Assembly: GCF_009914755.1 (NCBI RefSeq)
Contig: NC_060933.1
Source: the human T2T-CHM13v2.0 reference genome, Homo sapiens
DNA: 64,000 nucleotides
Direction: 5' to 3' (one strand)
Below the pieces are notes generated by a model. That model made no database searches. It was not told the DNA's origin and saw only the letters and a program-made list of their open reading frames with translations. Position 1 is the stretch's first letter; the number at the start of each line of letters is the position of its first letter. Both the position numbers and the translations under genes were made by a program. Below are positions 1 through 13,200 of the stretch, one piece after another.

Positions 1-544
1 TTCCATTCCATTGTATTCGGGTTAATTCCATTCCATTCCATTCCATTCCATTCCATTCCATTCCATTCCATTACAATCGAGTTGATTCCATTCCATTCCA
101 TTCCATTCCATTCCATTCCATTCCAGTCCTTTCCATTCCATTCCACTCGGGTTGATTCCATTCTATTAGTTTCCATTCCATTCCATTCCCTTCCATTCCA
201 CTCTGGTTGATTCCATTCCTTTCCATTCCACTCGAATACATTCCCTCCTATTCCACTCGGAACGATTCCATTCCATTCCATTCCATTCCATTCCAATCCA
301 TTCCATTCCATTCCAGTTCGTTCCATTCCGTTCTATTCGGTACCATTCCATTCCATTCCATTCCTTTCCATTCCATTCCTTTCCACTCGTGTTGATTCCA
401 TTCCTTTCCATTCCATTCGGTTTGAAGGCATTCCATTCCATTCAATTACATTCCATTCCATTCCATTCCCTTCCATTCTATTCCATTCCATTGCAATCGA
501 GTTGAATCCATTGCCTTTCATTCCATTCCATTCCATTCCATTCC

Positions 545-559
545 ATTCCGGAAGATTCC
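545..559. promoter_or_regulatory. Perfect three-unit heat shock element aTTCc-gGAAg-aTTCc (first of ~40 copies in the window)
   Basis: ATTCCGGAAGATTCC matches nTTCn-nGAAn-nTTCn exactly. HSF1 binding to Sat III is established. Occupancy of this particular site is not shown by sequence. Confidence 0.6.
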
Positions 560-675
560 ATTCCATTACATTCCATTCCATTCCATTCCCCTGCACTCGC
601 GTTGATTCCATTCCATTCCATTCCATTCCATTCTATTCGGGTTAATTCCATTCCATTCCATTCCATTCCATTCCA

Positions 676-3600
676 TTCCAATCGAGTTGATTCCATTCCA
701 TTCCATTCCACTCCATTCCAGTCCTTTCCATTCCATTCCACTCGGGTTGATTCCAATGTATTCCTTTCCATTCCATTCCATTCCATTGCAATCGAGTTGA
801 TTCCATTGCTTTGCATTCCATTCCATTCCATTCCATTCCGGATGATTCCATTCCATTGCATTCCATTCCATTCCATTCCCCTGCACTCGGGTTGATTCCA
901 TTCCATTCCACTCCATTCCGTTCCATTCCATTCCATTCCATTGTATTCAGGTTAATTCCATTCCATTCCATTCCATTCCATTCCATTACAATCGAGTTGA
1001 TTCCATTCCATTCCATTCCATTCCATTCCATTCCAGTCCTTTCCATTCCATTCCACTCGGGTTGATTCCATTCTATTAGTTTCCATTCCATTCCATTCCC
1101 TTCCATTCCACTCTGGTTGATTCCATTCCTTTCCATTCCATTTAATTCCATTCCATTCCATTCCATTCCATTCCATTCCAATCCGTTCCATTCCTTTCCA
1201 TTCTATTCCACTGCAATCGACTTGATTCCATTCCATTCCATTCTATTCCATTCCATTCCATTCCATTCCATTCCATTCCATTCCATTTTGTTCCAATCCA
1301 TTCTATTCCGAACCATTCCATTCCATTCAATTCCATTCCATTGCATTCCATTCCATGCCATTCCACTCGGGTTGATTCCATTCCATTCCATTCCATTCCA
1401 TTCCATTCCATTCCATTCCATTCCGTTCCATTCCATTTCATTACATTCATTTTGATTCTATTCAATTCCCTTACACTCCATTATATTCCAATCCATTCTG
1501 GTTGTTTCCATTCCATTCCATTCCATTTCACTCCATTCCATTGCACTCGGTTTGATTCCATTCCATTCCATTCCATTCCATTCCGGATGATTCCATTCCA
1601 TTGCATTCCATTCCATTCCATTCCCCTGCACTCAGGTTGATTCCATTCCATTCCATTCCACTCCATTCGGTTCCGTTCCATTCCATTCTATTGCATTCCA
1701 TTCTATTCGGGTTAATTCCATTCCATTCTATTCCATTCCATTCCATTCCATTCCATTGCAATGGAGTTGATTCCATTCCATTCCATTCCATTCCGGATGA
1801 TTCCATTCCATTGCATTCCATTCCATTCCATTCCCCTGCACTCGTGTTGATTCCATTAACTTCTATTCCATTCCATTCCGTTCCATTCCATTGCATTCCA
1901 TTCTATTCTGGTTAATTCCATTCCATTCCATTCCATTCCATTCCATTCCATTCCATTCCATTCCATTCCATTGCAATCGAGTTGATTCCATTCCATTCCT
2001 TTCCATTCCATTCCATTGCCTTGCATTCCAATCGGGTTGATTCCATTCCCTTCTTTCCACTCCATTACATTCCCTTCCATTCCACTCGGAATGATTGATT
2101 ATATTCCATTCCATTCCATTTCATTCCATTGCAATCCATTCCAATCCATTCCATTCCATTCCACTCGAGTTGATTTCATTCCATTCCTTTCCATTCCATT
2201 CCATTCCTTTCCATTCGAGTTGATTCCATTCCATTCCATTCCATTGCATTCCATTCCATGCCATTCCACTCGGGTTGATTCCATTCCTTTGCATTCCATT
2301 CCATTCCATTCCATTCCATTCCATTCCATTCCACTCCATTGCATTCCATTCCATTACATTCCGATTGATTCTATTCAACTCCCTTACTCTCCATTACATT
2401 CCATTCCATTCGGGTTGTTCCATTCCATTCCATTCCATTCCATTCCATTCCATTCCATTGCACTCGGGTTGATTCCATTCCATTCCATTCCATTCCATTC
2501 CATTCCATTCCGGATGATTCCATTCCATTGCATTCCGTTCCATTACATTCCCCTGCACTCGCGTTGATTCCATTCCATTCCATTCCATTCCATTCAATTC
2601 CATTCCATTACAATTCGTTCCATTCCATTCTATTCCCTACCATTCCATTCCATTCCATACCATTCCATTCCATTCCATTCCATTCCATTCCATTCCGTTC
2701 CATTCCGTTCCATTCCATTCCATTCCATTCTATTCGGGTTAATTCCATTCCATTCCATTCCATTCCATTCCATTCCATTCCATTCCTTTCCATTCCATTA
2801 CGGATGATTCCATTCCATTGTATTCCATTCCATTCCATTCCCCTGTACTCGGGTTGTTTCCATTCCATTGCATTCCAATCCATGCCCTTCCACTCGTGTT
2901 GATTCCATTCTTTCCATTCCATTCAAGTTGAATCCATTCCATTGCATTCCATTCAATTCGATTCCATTCGATTGCACTCGGGTTGATTCCATTCCATTGC
3001 ATTCCATTCCATTCCATTCCATTCCATTCCATTCCATTCCATTCCGTTCCATTCCATTCCATTCCATTCGGATTGATTCTATTCAATTCCCTTACACTCC
3101 ATTACATTCCATTCCATTCGGGTAGTTTCCATTCCATTCCATTCCATTCCTCTCCATTCCATTGCACTCGGGTTGATTCCATTCCATTGCATTCCATTCC
3201 ATTCCATTCAATTCCATTCCGTTCCATTCCATTCCATTCCATTCGGATTGATTCTATTCAACTCCCTTACTCTCCATTACATTCCATTCCATTCGGGTTG
3301 TTCCATACCATTCCATTCCATTCCACTCCATTCCATTGCACTCGGGTTTATTCCATTCCATTCCATTCCATTCCATTGCATTCCGGAAGATTCCATTCCA
3401 TTGCATTCCATTCCATTCCATTCCAATCGAGTTGATTCCATTCCATTGCATTCCATTCCATTCCACTCCATTCCAGTCCTTTCCATTCCATTCCACTCGG
3501 GTTGATTCCAATGTATTCCTTTCCATTCCATTCCATTCCATTGCAATCGAGTTGATTCCATTGCTTTGCATTCCATTCCATTCCATTCCATTCCGGATGA

Positions 3601-6600
3601 TTCCATTCCATTGCATTCCATTCCATTCCATTCCCCTGCACTCGGGTTGATTCCATTCCATTCCACTCCATTCCGTTCCATTCCATTCCATTCCATAGTA
3701 TTCAGGTTAATTCCATTCCATTCCATTCCATTCCATTCCATTACAATCGAGTTGATTCCATTCCATTCCATTCCATTCCATTCCATTCCAGTCCTTTCCA
3801 TTCCATTCCACTCGGGTTGATTCCATTCTATTAGTTTCCATTCCATTCCATTCCCTTCCATTCCACTCTGGTTGATTCCATTCCTTTCCATTCCATTTAA
3901 TTCCATTCCATTCCATTCCATTCCATTCCAATCCGTTCCATTCCATTCCATTCTATTCCACTGCAATCGACTTGATTCCGTTCCATTCCATTCTATTCCA
4001 TTCCATTCTATTCCATTCCATTCCATTCCATTCCATTTTGTTCCAATTCATTCTATTCCGAACCATTCCATTCCATTCCATTCCATTCCATTGCATTCCA
4101 TTCCATGCCATTCCACTCGGGTTGATTCCATTCCATTCCATTCCATTCCATTCCATTCCATTCCATTCCTTTCCATTCCATTTCATTACATTCATTTTGA
4201 TTCTATTCAATTCCCTTACACTCCATTATATTCCAATCCATTCTGGTTGTTTCCATTCCATTCCATTCCATTTCACTCCATTCCATTGCACTCGGTTTGA
4301 TTCCATTCCATTCCACTCCATTCCATTGTACTCTGGTTGATTCCATTCCATTGCATTCCATTCCATTCCATTCCATTCCATTCCGTTGCATTCCATTCCA
4401 TTACATTCGGATTGATTCTATTCAACTCCCTTACTCTCCATTACATTCCATTCCATTCGGGTTGTTCCATACCATTCCATTCCATTCCACTCCATTCCAT
4501 TGCACTCCGGTTTATTCCATTCCATTCCATTCCATTCCGGAAGATTCCATTCCATTGCATTCCATTCCATTCCATTCCATTCCAATCGAGTTGATTCCAT
4601 TCCATTGCATTCCATTCCATTCCACTCCATTCCAGTCCTTTCCATTAAATTACACTCGGGTTGATTCCATTCCATTCCACTCCATTCCGTTCCATTCCAT
4701 TCCATTCCATTGTATTCGGGTTAATTCCATTCCATTCCATTCCATTCCATTCCATTCCATTCCATTCCATTACAATCGAGTTGATTCCATTCCATTCCAT
4801 TCCATTCCATTCCATTCCATTCCAGTCCTTTCCATTCCATTCCACTCGGGTTGATTCCATTCTATTAGTTTCCATTCCATTCCATTCCCTTCCATTCCAC
4901 TCTGGTTGATTCCATTCCTTTCCATTCCACTCGAATACATTCCCTCCTATTCCACTCGGAACGATTCCATTCCATTCCATTCCATTCCATTCCAATCCAT
5001 TCCATTCCATTCCAGTTCGTTCCATTCCGTTCTATTCGGTACCATTCCATTCCATTCCATTCCTTTCCATTCCATTCCTTTCCACTCGTGTTGATTCCAT
5101 TCCTTTCCATTCCATTCGGTTTGAAGGCATTCCATTCCATTCAATTACATTCCATTCCATTCCATTCCCTTCCATTCTATTCCATTCCATTGCAATCGAG
5201 TTGAATCCATTGCCTTTCATTCCATTCCATTCCATTCCATTCCATTCCGGAAGATTCCATTCCATTACATTCCATTCCATTCCATTCCCCTGCACTCGCG
5301 TTGATTCCATTCCATTCCATTCCATTCCATTCTATTCGGGTTAATTCCATTCCATTCCATTCCATTCCATTCCATTCCAATCGAGTTGATTCCATTCCAT
5401 TCCATTCCACTCCATTCCAGTCCTTTCCATTCCATTCCACTCGGGTTGATTCCAATGTATTCCTTTCCATTCCATTCCATTCCATTGCAATCGAGTTGAT
5501 TCCATTGCTTTGCATTCCATTCCATTCCATTCCATTCCGGATGATTCCATTCCATTGCATTCCATTCCATTCCATTCCCCTGCACTCGGGTTGATTCCAT
5601 TCCATTCCGCTCCATTCCGTTCCATTCCATTCCATTCCATTGTATTCAGGTTAATTCCATTCCATTCCATTCCATTCCATTCCATTACAATCGAGTTGAT
5701 TCCATTCCATTCCATTCCATTCCATTCCATTCCAGTCCTTTCCATTCCATTCCACTCGGGTTGATTCCATTCTATTAGTTTCCATTCCATTCCATTCCCT
5801 TCCATTCCACTCTGGTTGATTCCATTCCTTTCCATTCCATTTAATTCCATTCCATTCCATTCCATTCCATTCCATTCCAATCCGTTCCATTCCTTTCCAT
5901 TCTATTCCACTGCAATCGACTTGATTCCATTCCATTCCATTCTATTCCATTCCATTCCATTCCATTCCATTCCATTCCATTCCATTTTGTTCCAATCCAT
6001 TCTATTCCGAACCATTCCATTCCATTCAATTCCATTCCATTGCATTCCATTCCATGCCATTCCACTCGGGTTGATTCCATTCCATTCCATTCCATTCCAT
6101 TCCATTCCATTCCATTCCATTCCGTTCCATTCCATTTCATTACATTCATTTTGATTCTATTCAATTCCCTTACACTCCATTATATTCCAATCCATTCTGG
6201 TTGTTTCCATTCCATTCCATTCCATTTCACTCCATTCCATTGCACTCGGTTTGATTCCATTCCATTCCATTCCATTCCATTCCGGATGATTCCATTCCAT
6301 TGCATTCCATTCCATTCCATTCCCCTGCACTCAGGTTGATTCCATTCCATTCCATTCCACTCCATTCGGTTCCGTTCCATTCCATTCTATTGCATTCCAT
6401 TCTATTCGGGTTAATTCCATTCCATTCTATTCCATTCCATTCCATTCCATTCCATTGCAATGGAGTTGATTCCATTCCATTCCATTCCATTCCGGATGAT
6501 TCCATTCCATTGCATTCCATTCCATTCCATTCCCCTGCACTCGTGTTGATTCCATTAACTTCTATTCCATTCCATTCCGTTCCATTCCATTGCATTCCAT

Positions 6601-9600
6601 TCTATTCTGGTTAATTCCATTCCATTCCATTCCATTCCATTCCATTCCATTCCATTCCATTCCATTCCATTGCAATCGAGTTGATTCCATTCCATTCCTT
6701 TCCATTCCATTCCATTGCCTTGCATTCCAATCGGGTTGATTCCATTCCCTTCTTTCCACTCCATTACATTCCCTTCCATTCCACTCGGAATGATTGATTA
6801 TATTCCATTCCATTCCATTTCATTCCATTGCAATCCATTCCAATCCATTCCATTCCATTCCACTCGAGTTGATTTCATTCCATTCCTTTCCATTCCATTC
6901 CATTCCTTTCCATTCGAGTTGATTCCATTCCATTCCATTCCATTGCATTCCATTCCATGCCATTCCACTCGGGTTGATTCCATTCCTTTGCATTCCATTC
7001 CATTCCATTCCATTCCATTCCATTCCATTCCACTCCATTGCATTCCATTCCATTACATTCCGATTGATTCTATTCAACTCCCTTACTCTCCATTACATTC
7101 CATTCCATTCGGGTTGTTCCATTCCATTCCATTCCATTCCATTCCATTCCATTCCATTGCACTCGGGTTGATTCCATTCCATTCCATTCCATTCCATTCC
7201 ATTCCATTCCGGATGATTCCATTCCATTGCATTCCGTTCCATTACATTCCCCTGCACTCGCGTTGATTCCATTCCATTCCATTCCATTCCATTCAATTCC
7301 ATTCCATTACAATTCGTTCCATTCCATTCTATTCCCTACCATTCCATTCCATTCCATACCATTCCATTCCATTCCATTCCATTCCATTCCATTCCGTTCC
7401 ATTCCGTTCCATTCCATTCCATTCCATTCTATTCGGGTTAATTCCATTCCATTCCATTCCATTCCATTCCATTCCATTCCATTCCTTTCCATTCCATTAC
7501 GGATGATTCCATTCCATTGTATTCCATTCCATTCCATTCCCCTGTACTCGGGTTGTTTCCATTCCATTGCATTCCAATCCATTCCCTTCCACTCGTGTTG
7601 ATTCCATTCTTTCCATTCCATTCAAGTTGAATCCATTCCATTGCATTCCATTCAATTCGATTCCATTCGATTGCACTCGGGTTGATTCCATTCCATTGCA
7701 TTCCATTCCATTCCATTCCATTCCATTCCATTCCATTCCATTCCGTTCCATTCCATTCCATTCCATTCGGATTGATTCTATTCAATTCCCTTACACTCCA
7801 TTACATTCCATTCCATTCGGGTAGTTTCCATTCCATTCCATTCCATTCCTCTCCATTCCATTGCACTCGGGTTGATTCCATTCCATTGCATTCCATTCCA
7901 TTCCATTCAATTCCATTCCGTTCCATTCCATTCCATTCCATTCGGATTGATTCTATTCAACTCCCTTACTCTCCATTACATTCCATTCCATTCGGGTTGT
8001 TCCATACCATTCCATTCCATTCCACTCCATTCCATTGCACTCGGGTTTATTCCATTCCATTCCATTCCATTCCATTCCATTCCGGAAGATTCCATTCCAT
8101 TGCATTCCATTCCATTCCATTCCATTCCAATCGAGTTGATTCCATTCCATTGCATTCCATTCCATTCCACTCCATTCCAGTCCTTTCCATTCCATTCCAC
8201 TCGGGTTGATTCCAATGTATTCCTTTCCATTCCATTCCATTCCATTGCAATCGAGTTGATTCCATTGCTTTGCATTCCATTCCATTCCATTCCATTCCGG
8301 ATGATTCCATTCCATTGCATTCCATTCCATTCCATTCCCCTGCACTCGGGTTGATTCCATTCCATTCCACTCCATTCCGTTCCATTCCATTCCATTCCAT
8401 AGTATTCAGGTTAATTCCATTCCATTCCATTCCATTCCATTCCATTACAATCGAGTTGATTCCATTCCATTCCATTCCATTCCATTCCATTCCAGTCCTT
8501 TCCATTCCATTCCACTCGGGTTGATTCCATTCTATTAGTTTCCATTCCATTCCATTCCCTTCCATTCCACTCTGGTTGATTCCATTCCTTTCCATTCCAT
8601 TTAATTCCATTCCATTCCATTCCATTCCATTCCAATCCGTTCCATTCCATTCCATTCTATTCCACTGCAATCGACTTGATTCCGTTCCATTCCATTCTAT
8701 TCCATTCCATTCTATTCCATTCCATTCCATTCCATTCCATTTTGTTCCAATTCATTCTATTCCGAACCATTCCATTCCATTCCATTCCATTCCATTGCAT
8801 TCCATTCCATGCCATTCCACTCGGGTTGATTCCATTCCATTCCATTCCATTCCATTCCATTCCATTCCATTCCATTCCTTTCCATTCCATTTCATTACAT
8901 TCATTTTGATTCTATTCAATTCCCTTACACTCCATTATATTCCAATCCATTCTGGTTGTTTCCATTCCATTCCATTCCATTTCACTCCATTCCATTGCAC
9001 TCGGTTTGATTCCATTCCATTCCATTCCATTCCATTCCGGATGATTCCATTCCATTGCATTGCATTCCATTCCATTCCCCTGCACTCAGGTTGATTCCAT
9101 TCCATTCCATTCCACTCCATTCGGTTCCGTTCCATTCCATTCTATTGCATTCCATTCTATTCGGGTTAATTCCATTCCATTCTATTCCATTCCATTCCAT
9201 TCCATTCCATTGCAATGGAGTTGATTCCATTCCATTCCATTCCATTCCGGATGATTCCATTCCATTGCATTCCATTCCATTCCATTCCCCTGCACTCGTG
9301 TTGATTCCATTACCTTCTATTCCATTCCATTCCGTTCCATTCCATTGCATTCCATTCTATTCCGGTTAATTCCATTCCATTCCATTCCATTCCATTCCAT
9401 TCCATTCCATTGCAATCGAGTTGATTCCATTCCATTCCTTTCCATTCCATTCCATTGCCTTGCATTCCAATCGGGTTGATTCCATTCCCTTCTTTCCACT
9501 CCATTACATTCCCTTCCATTCCACTCGGAATGATTGATTATATTTCATTCCATTCCATTTCATTCCATTGCAATCCATTCCAATCCATTCCATTCCATTC

Positions 9601-10200
9601 CACTCGAGTTGATTTCATTCCATTCCTTTCCATTCCATTCCATTCCTTTCCATTCGAGTTGATTCCATTCCATTCCATTCCATTGCATTCCATTCCATGC
9701 CATTCCACTCGGGTTGATTCCATTCCTTTGCATTCCATTCCATTCCATTCCATTCCATTCCATTCCATTCCATTCCGTTGCATTCCATTCCATTACATTC
9801 CGATTGATTCTATTCAACTCCCTTACTCTCCATTACATTCCATTCCATTCGGGTTGTTCCATTCCATTCCATTCCATTCCACTCCATTCCATTGCACTCG
9901 GGTTGATTCCATTCCATTCCATTCCATTCCATTCCATTCCATTCCGGATGATTCCATTCCATTGCATTCCGTTCCATTACATTCCCCTGCACTCGCGTTG
10001 ATTCCATTCCATTCCATTCCATTCCATTCAATTCCATTCCATTACAATTCGTTCCATTCCATTCTATTCCCTACCATTCCATTCCATTCCATACCATTCC
10101 ATTCCATTCCATTCCATTCCATTCCATTCCGTTCCATTCCGTTCCATTCCGTTCCATTCCATTCTATTCGGGTTAATTCCATTCCATTCCATTCCATTCC
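676..10200 (+). repeat. Older ~2.75-kb periodicity nested in the 4.7-kb duplication: block A at ~676-2760, 3421-4315 (partial), 5375-7460, 8125-10200
   Basis: ORF pairs 811/3566 (offset 2755), 5510/8270 (2760), 6180/8935 (2755) and 6715/9455 (2740). Diagnostic CCAATGTATTCC at 753, 3508, 5452, 8212. Confidence 0.88.
3061..3350 (+). repeat. ~175-bp internal dimer (subunit a: CAATTCCCTTACACTCC...GGGTAGTTTCC; subunit b: CAACTCCCTTACTCTCC...GGGTTGTTCC), example locus
   Basis: CGGATTGATTCTATTCAA or a close variant recurs at exactly 175 bp: 3069/3244, 14258/14433, 50038/50213, 60062/60237, 60905/61080, 62252/62427. Confidence 0.85.
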
Positions 10201-13200
10201 ATTCTATTCCATTCCATTGCAATCGAGTTGAATCCATTGCATTTCATTCCATTCCATTCCATTCCATTCCGGAAGATTCCATTCCATTGCATTGCATTCC
10301 ATTCCATTCCCCTGCACTCGCGTTGATTCCATTCCGTTCCATTCCATTCCATTCCATTCCATTCCATTCCGTTCCTTTCCGTTCCGTTCCATTCCATTCC
10401 ATTCCATTCCATTCCGTTCCGTTCCATTCCATTCCATTCCATTCCATTCTATTCGGGTTAATTCCATTCCATTCCATTCGATTGCAATCGTGTTGATTCC
10501 ATTCCATTCCATTCCATTCCATTCCATTCCATTCCATTCCATTCCTTTCCATTCCATTACGGATGATTCCATTCCATTGCATTCCATTCCATTCCATTCC
10601 CCTGTACTCGGGTTGATTCCATTCCATTGCATTCCAATCCATGCCCTTCCACTCGTGTTGATTCCATGCTTTCCATTCCATTCAAGTTGAATCCATTCCA
10701 TTGCATTCCATTCCATTCGATTCCATTCCATTCCATTCCGTTTCATTCCATTCCATTACATTCGGATTGATTCTATTCAATTCCCTTACACTCCATTACA
10801 TTCCATTCCTTTCGGGTAGTTTCCATTCCATTCCATTCCATTCCTCTCCATTCCATTGCACTCGGGTTGATTCCATTCCATTGCATTCCATTCCATTCCA
10901 TTCAATTCCATTCCGTTCCATTCCATTCCATTACATTCTAATTGATTCTATTCATCTCCCTTAGTCTCCATTACATTCCATTCCATTCGGGTTGTTCCAT
11001 TCCATTCCATTCCATTCCACTCCATTCCATTGCACTCGGGTTGATTCCATTCCATTCCATTCCATTCCATTCCATTCCATTCCATTCCGGAAGATTCCAT
11101 TCCATTGCATTCCATTCCATTCCATTCCCCTGCACTCGCGTTGATTCCATTCCATTCCATTCCATTCCATTCCATTCCACTCCATTCCATTGCACTCGGG
11201 TTGATTCCATTCCATTCCATTCCATTCCATTCCATTCCATTCCGGATGATTCCATTCCATTGCATTCCGTTCCATTACATTCCCCTGCACTCGCGTTGAT
11301 TCCATTCCATTCCATTCCATTCCATTCAATTCCATTCCATTACAATTCGTTCCATTCCATTCTATTCCGTACCATTCCATTCCATACCATTCCATTTCAT
11401 TCCATTCCATTCCATTCCATTCCATTCCGTTCCACTCCGTTCCATTCCATTCCATTGCATTCTATTCGGGTTAATCCCATTCCATTCCATTCCATTCCAT
11501 TCTATTCCATTCCATTGCAATCGAGTTGAATCCATTGCATTTCATTCCATTCCATTCCATTCCATTCCGGAAGATTCCATTCCATTGCATTCCAATCCAT
11601 GCCATTCCCCTGCACTCGCGTTGATTCCATTCCATTCCATTCCATTCTATTCCATTCCATTCCTTTCTGTTCCGTTCCATTCCATTCCATTCCATTCCAT
11701 TCCATTCCATTCCATTCCATTCCATTCCGTTTCATTCCATTCCATTCCATTCTATTTGGGTTAATTCCATTCCATTCCATTCGATTGCAATCGTGTTGAT
11801 TCCATTACATTCCATTCCATTCCATTCCATTCCTTTCCATTCCATTACGGATGATTCCATTCCATTGCATTCCATTCCATTCCATTCCCCTGTACTCGGG
11901 TTGATTCCATTCCATTGCATTCCAATCCATGCCCTTCCACTCGTGTTGATTCCATTCTTTCCATTCCATTCAAGTTGAATCCATTCCATTGTATTCCATT
12001 CCATTCGATTCCATTCGATTGCACTCGGGTTGATTCCATTCCATTGCATTCCATTCCATTCCATTCCATTCCATTCCATTCCATTCCGTTCCATTCCATT
12101 CCATTACATTCGGATTGATTCTATTCAATTCCCTTACACTCCATTACATTCCATTCCATTTGGGTAGTTTCCATTCCATTCCATTCCATTCCTCTCCATT
12201 CCATTGGACTCGTGTTGATTCCATTCCATTGCATTCCATTCCATTCCATTCAATTCCATTCCGTTCCATTCCATTCCATTACATTCGGATTCACTCTATT
12301 CAACTCCCTTACTCTCCATTACATTCCATTCCATTCGGGTTGTTCCATTCCATTCCATTCCATTCCACTCCATTCCATTGCACTCGGGTTTATTCCATTC
12401 CATTCCATTCCATTCCATTCCATTCCATTCCATTCCATTCCGGAAGATTCCATTCCATTGCATTCCATTCCATTCCATTCCCCTGCACTCGCGTTGATTC
12501 CATTCCATTCCATTCCATTCCATTCCATTCCTTTCCGTTCCATTCCATTCGATTCCATTCCATTCCATTCCATTCCGTTCCGTTCCGTTCCGTTCCATTC
12601 CATTCCATTCCATTCTATTCGGGTTAATTCGATTCCATTCCATTCGATTGCAATCGAGTTGATTCCATTCCATTCCATTCCATTCCATTCCATTCCATTC
12701 CATTCCGGATGATTCCATTCCATTGCATTCCATTCCATTCCATTCCCCTGCACTCGGGTTGATTCCATTCCATTCCACTCCATTCCGTTCCATTCCATTC
12801 CATTCCATTGTATTCGGGTTAATTCCATTCCATTCCATTCCATTCCTTTTCAGTCCTTTCCATTCCATTCCACTCGGGTTCATTCCATTCTATTACTTTC
12901 CATTCCATTCCATTCCCTTCCACTCCACTCTGGTTGATTCCAATCCTTTCCATTCCACTCGAATACATTCCCTCCTATTCCACTCGGAACGATTCCATTC
13001 CATTCCATTCCATTCCATTCCATTCCATTCCATTCCATTCCATTTCGTTCCATTCCATTCTATTCCGTATCATTCCATTCCATTCCGTTCCATTCCATTC
13101 CATTCCATTCCACTCGTGTTGATTCCATTCCTTTCCATTCCATTCCGTTTGAAGGCATTCCATTCCATTCCATTCCATTCCATTGCATTCCATTCCATTC

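Larger units (their letters stand above)
1..9024 (+). repeat. Recent ~4.70-kb duplication: copy 1 = 1-4315 (probably begins upstream of the window), copy 2 = 4700-9024
   Basis: Identical ORF translations at offset 4699 (166/4865, 207/4906, 2016/6715), then 4704 (3566/8270) and 4709 (CTCGGTTTG at 4291/9000). Few substitutions seen: 910A/5609G, 2884G/7583T, 3378G/8077C. Confidence 0.92.

Noticed and set aside
587-595. G-quadruplex from GGGG tracts on the - strand (CCCCTGCA modules)
   Set aside because: G3+ tracts are mostly isolated and tens to hundreds of bases apart. GG repeats in (GGAAT)n are known to favour hairpins rather than G4.
2088-2105. TGATTGATTA as a PBX/HOX- or DUX4-like site
   Set aside because: There are only 3-4 copies, all from one duplicated module. 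It does not match the 11-bp DUX4 consensus, and there is no supporting context.
2955-2990. HSat2 assignment because of CATTCGATTC segments
   Set aside because: CATTCGATTC is only local. The HSat2 23/26-bp pattern with GATGAT-rich units is not the backbone, while long pure CATTC runs and the CAACCCGAGT decamer are HSat3 features.
3061-3350. 175-bp period as alpha satellite / CENP-B box
   Set aside because: The sequence is pentamer-derived with no alphoid similarity, and no YTTCGTTGGAARCGGGA box was found.
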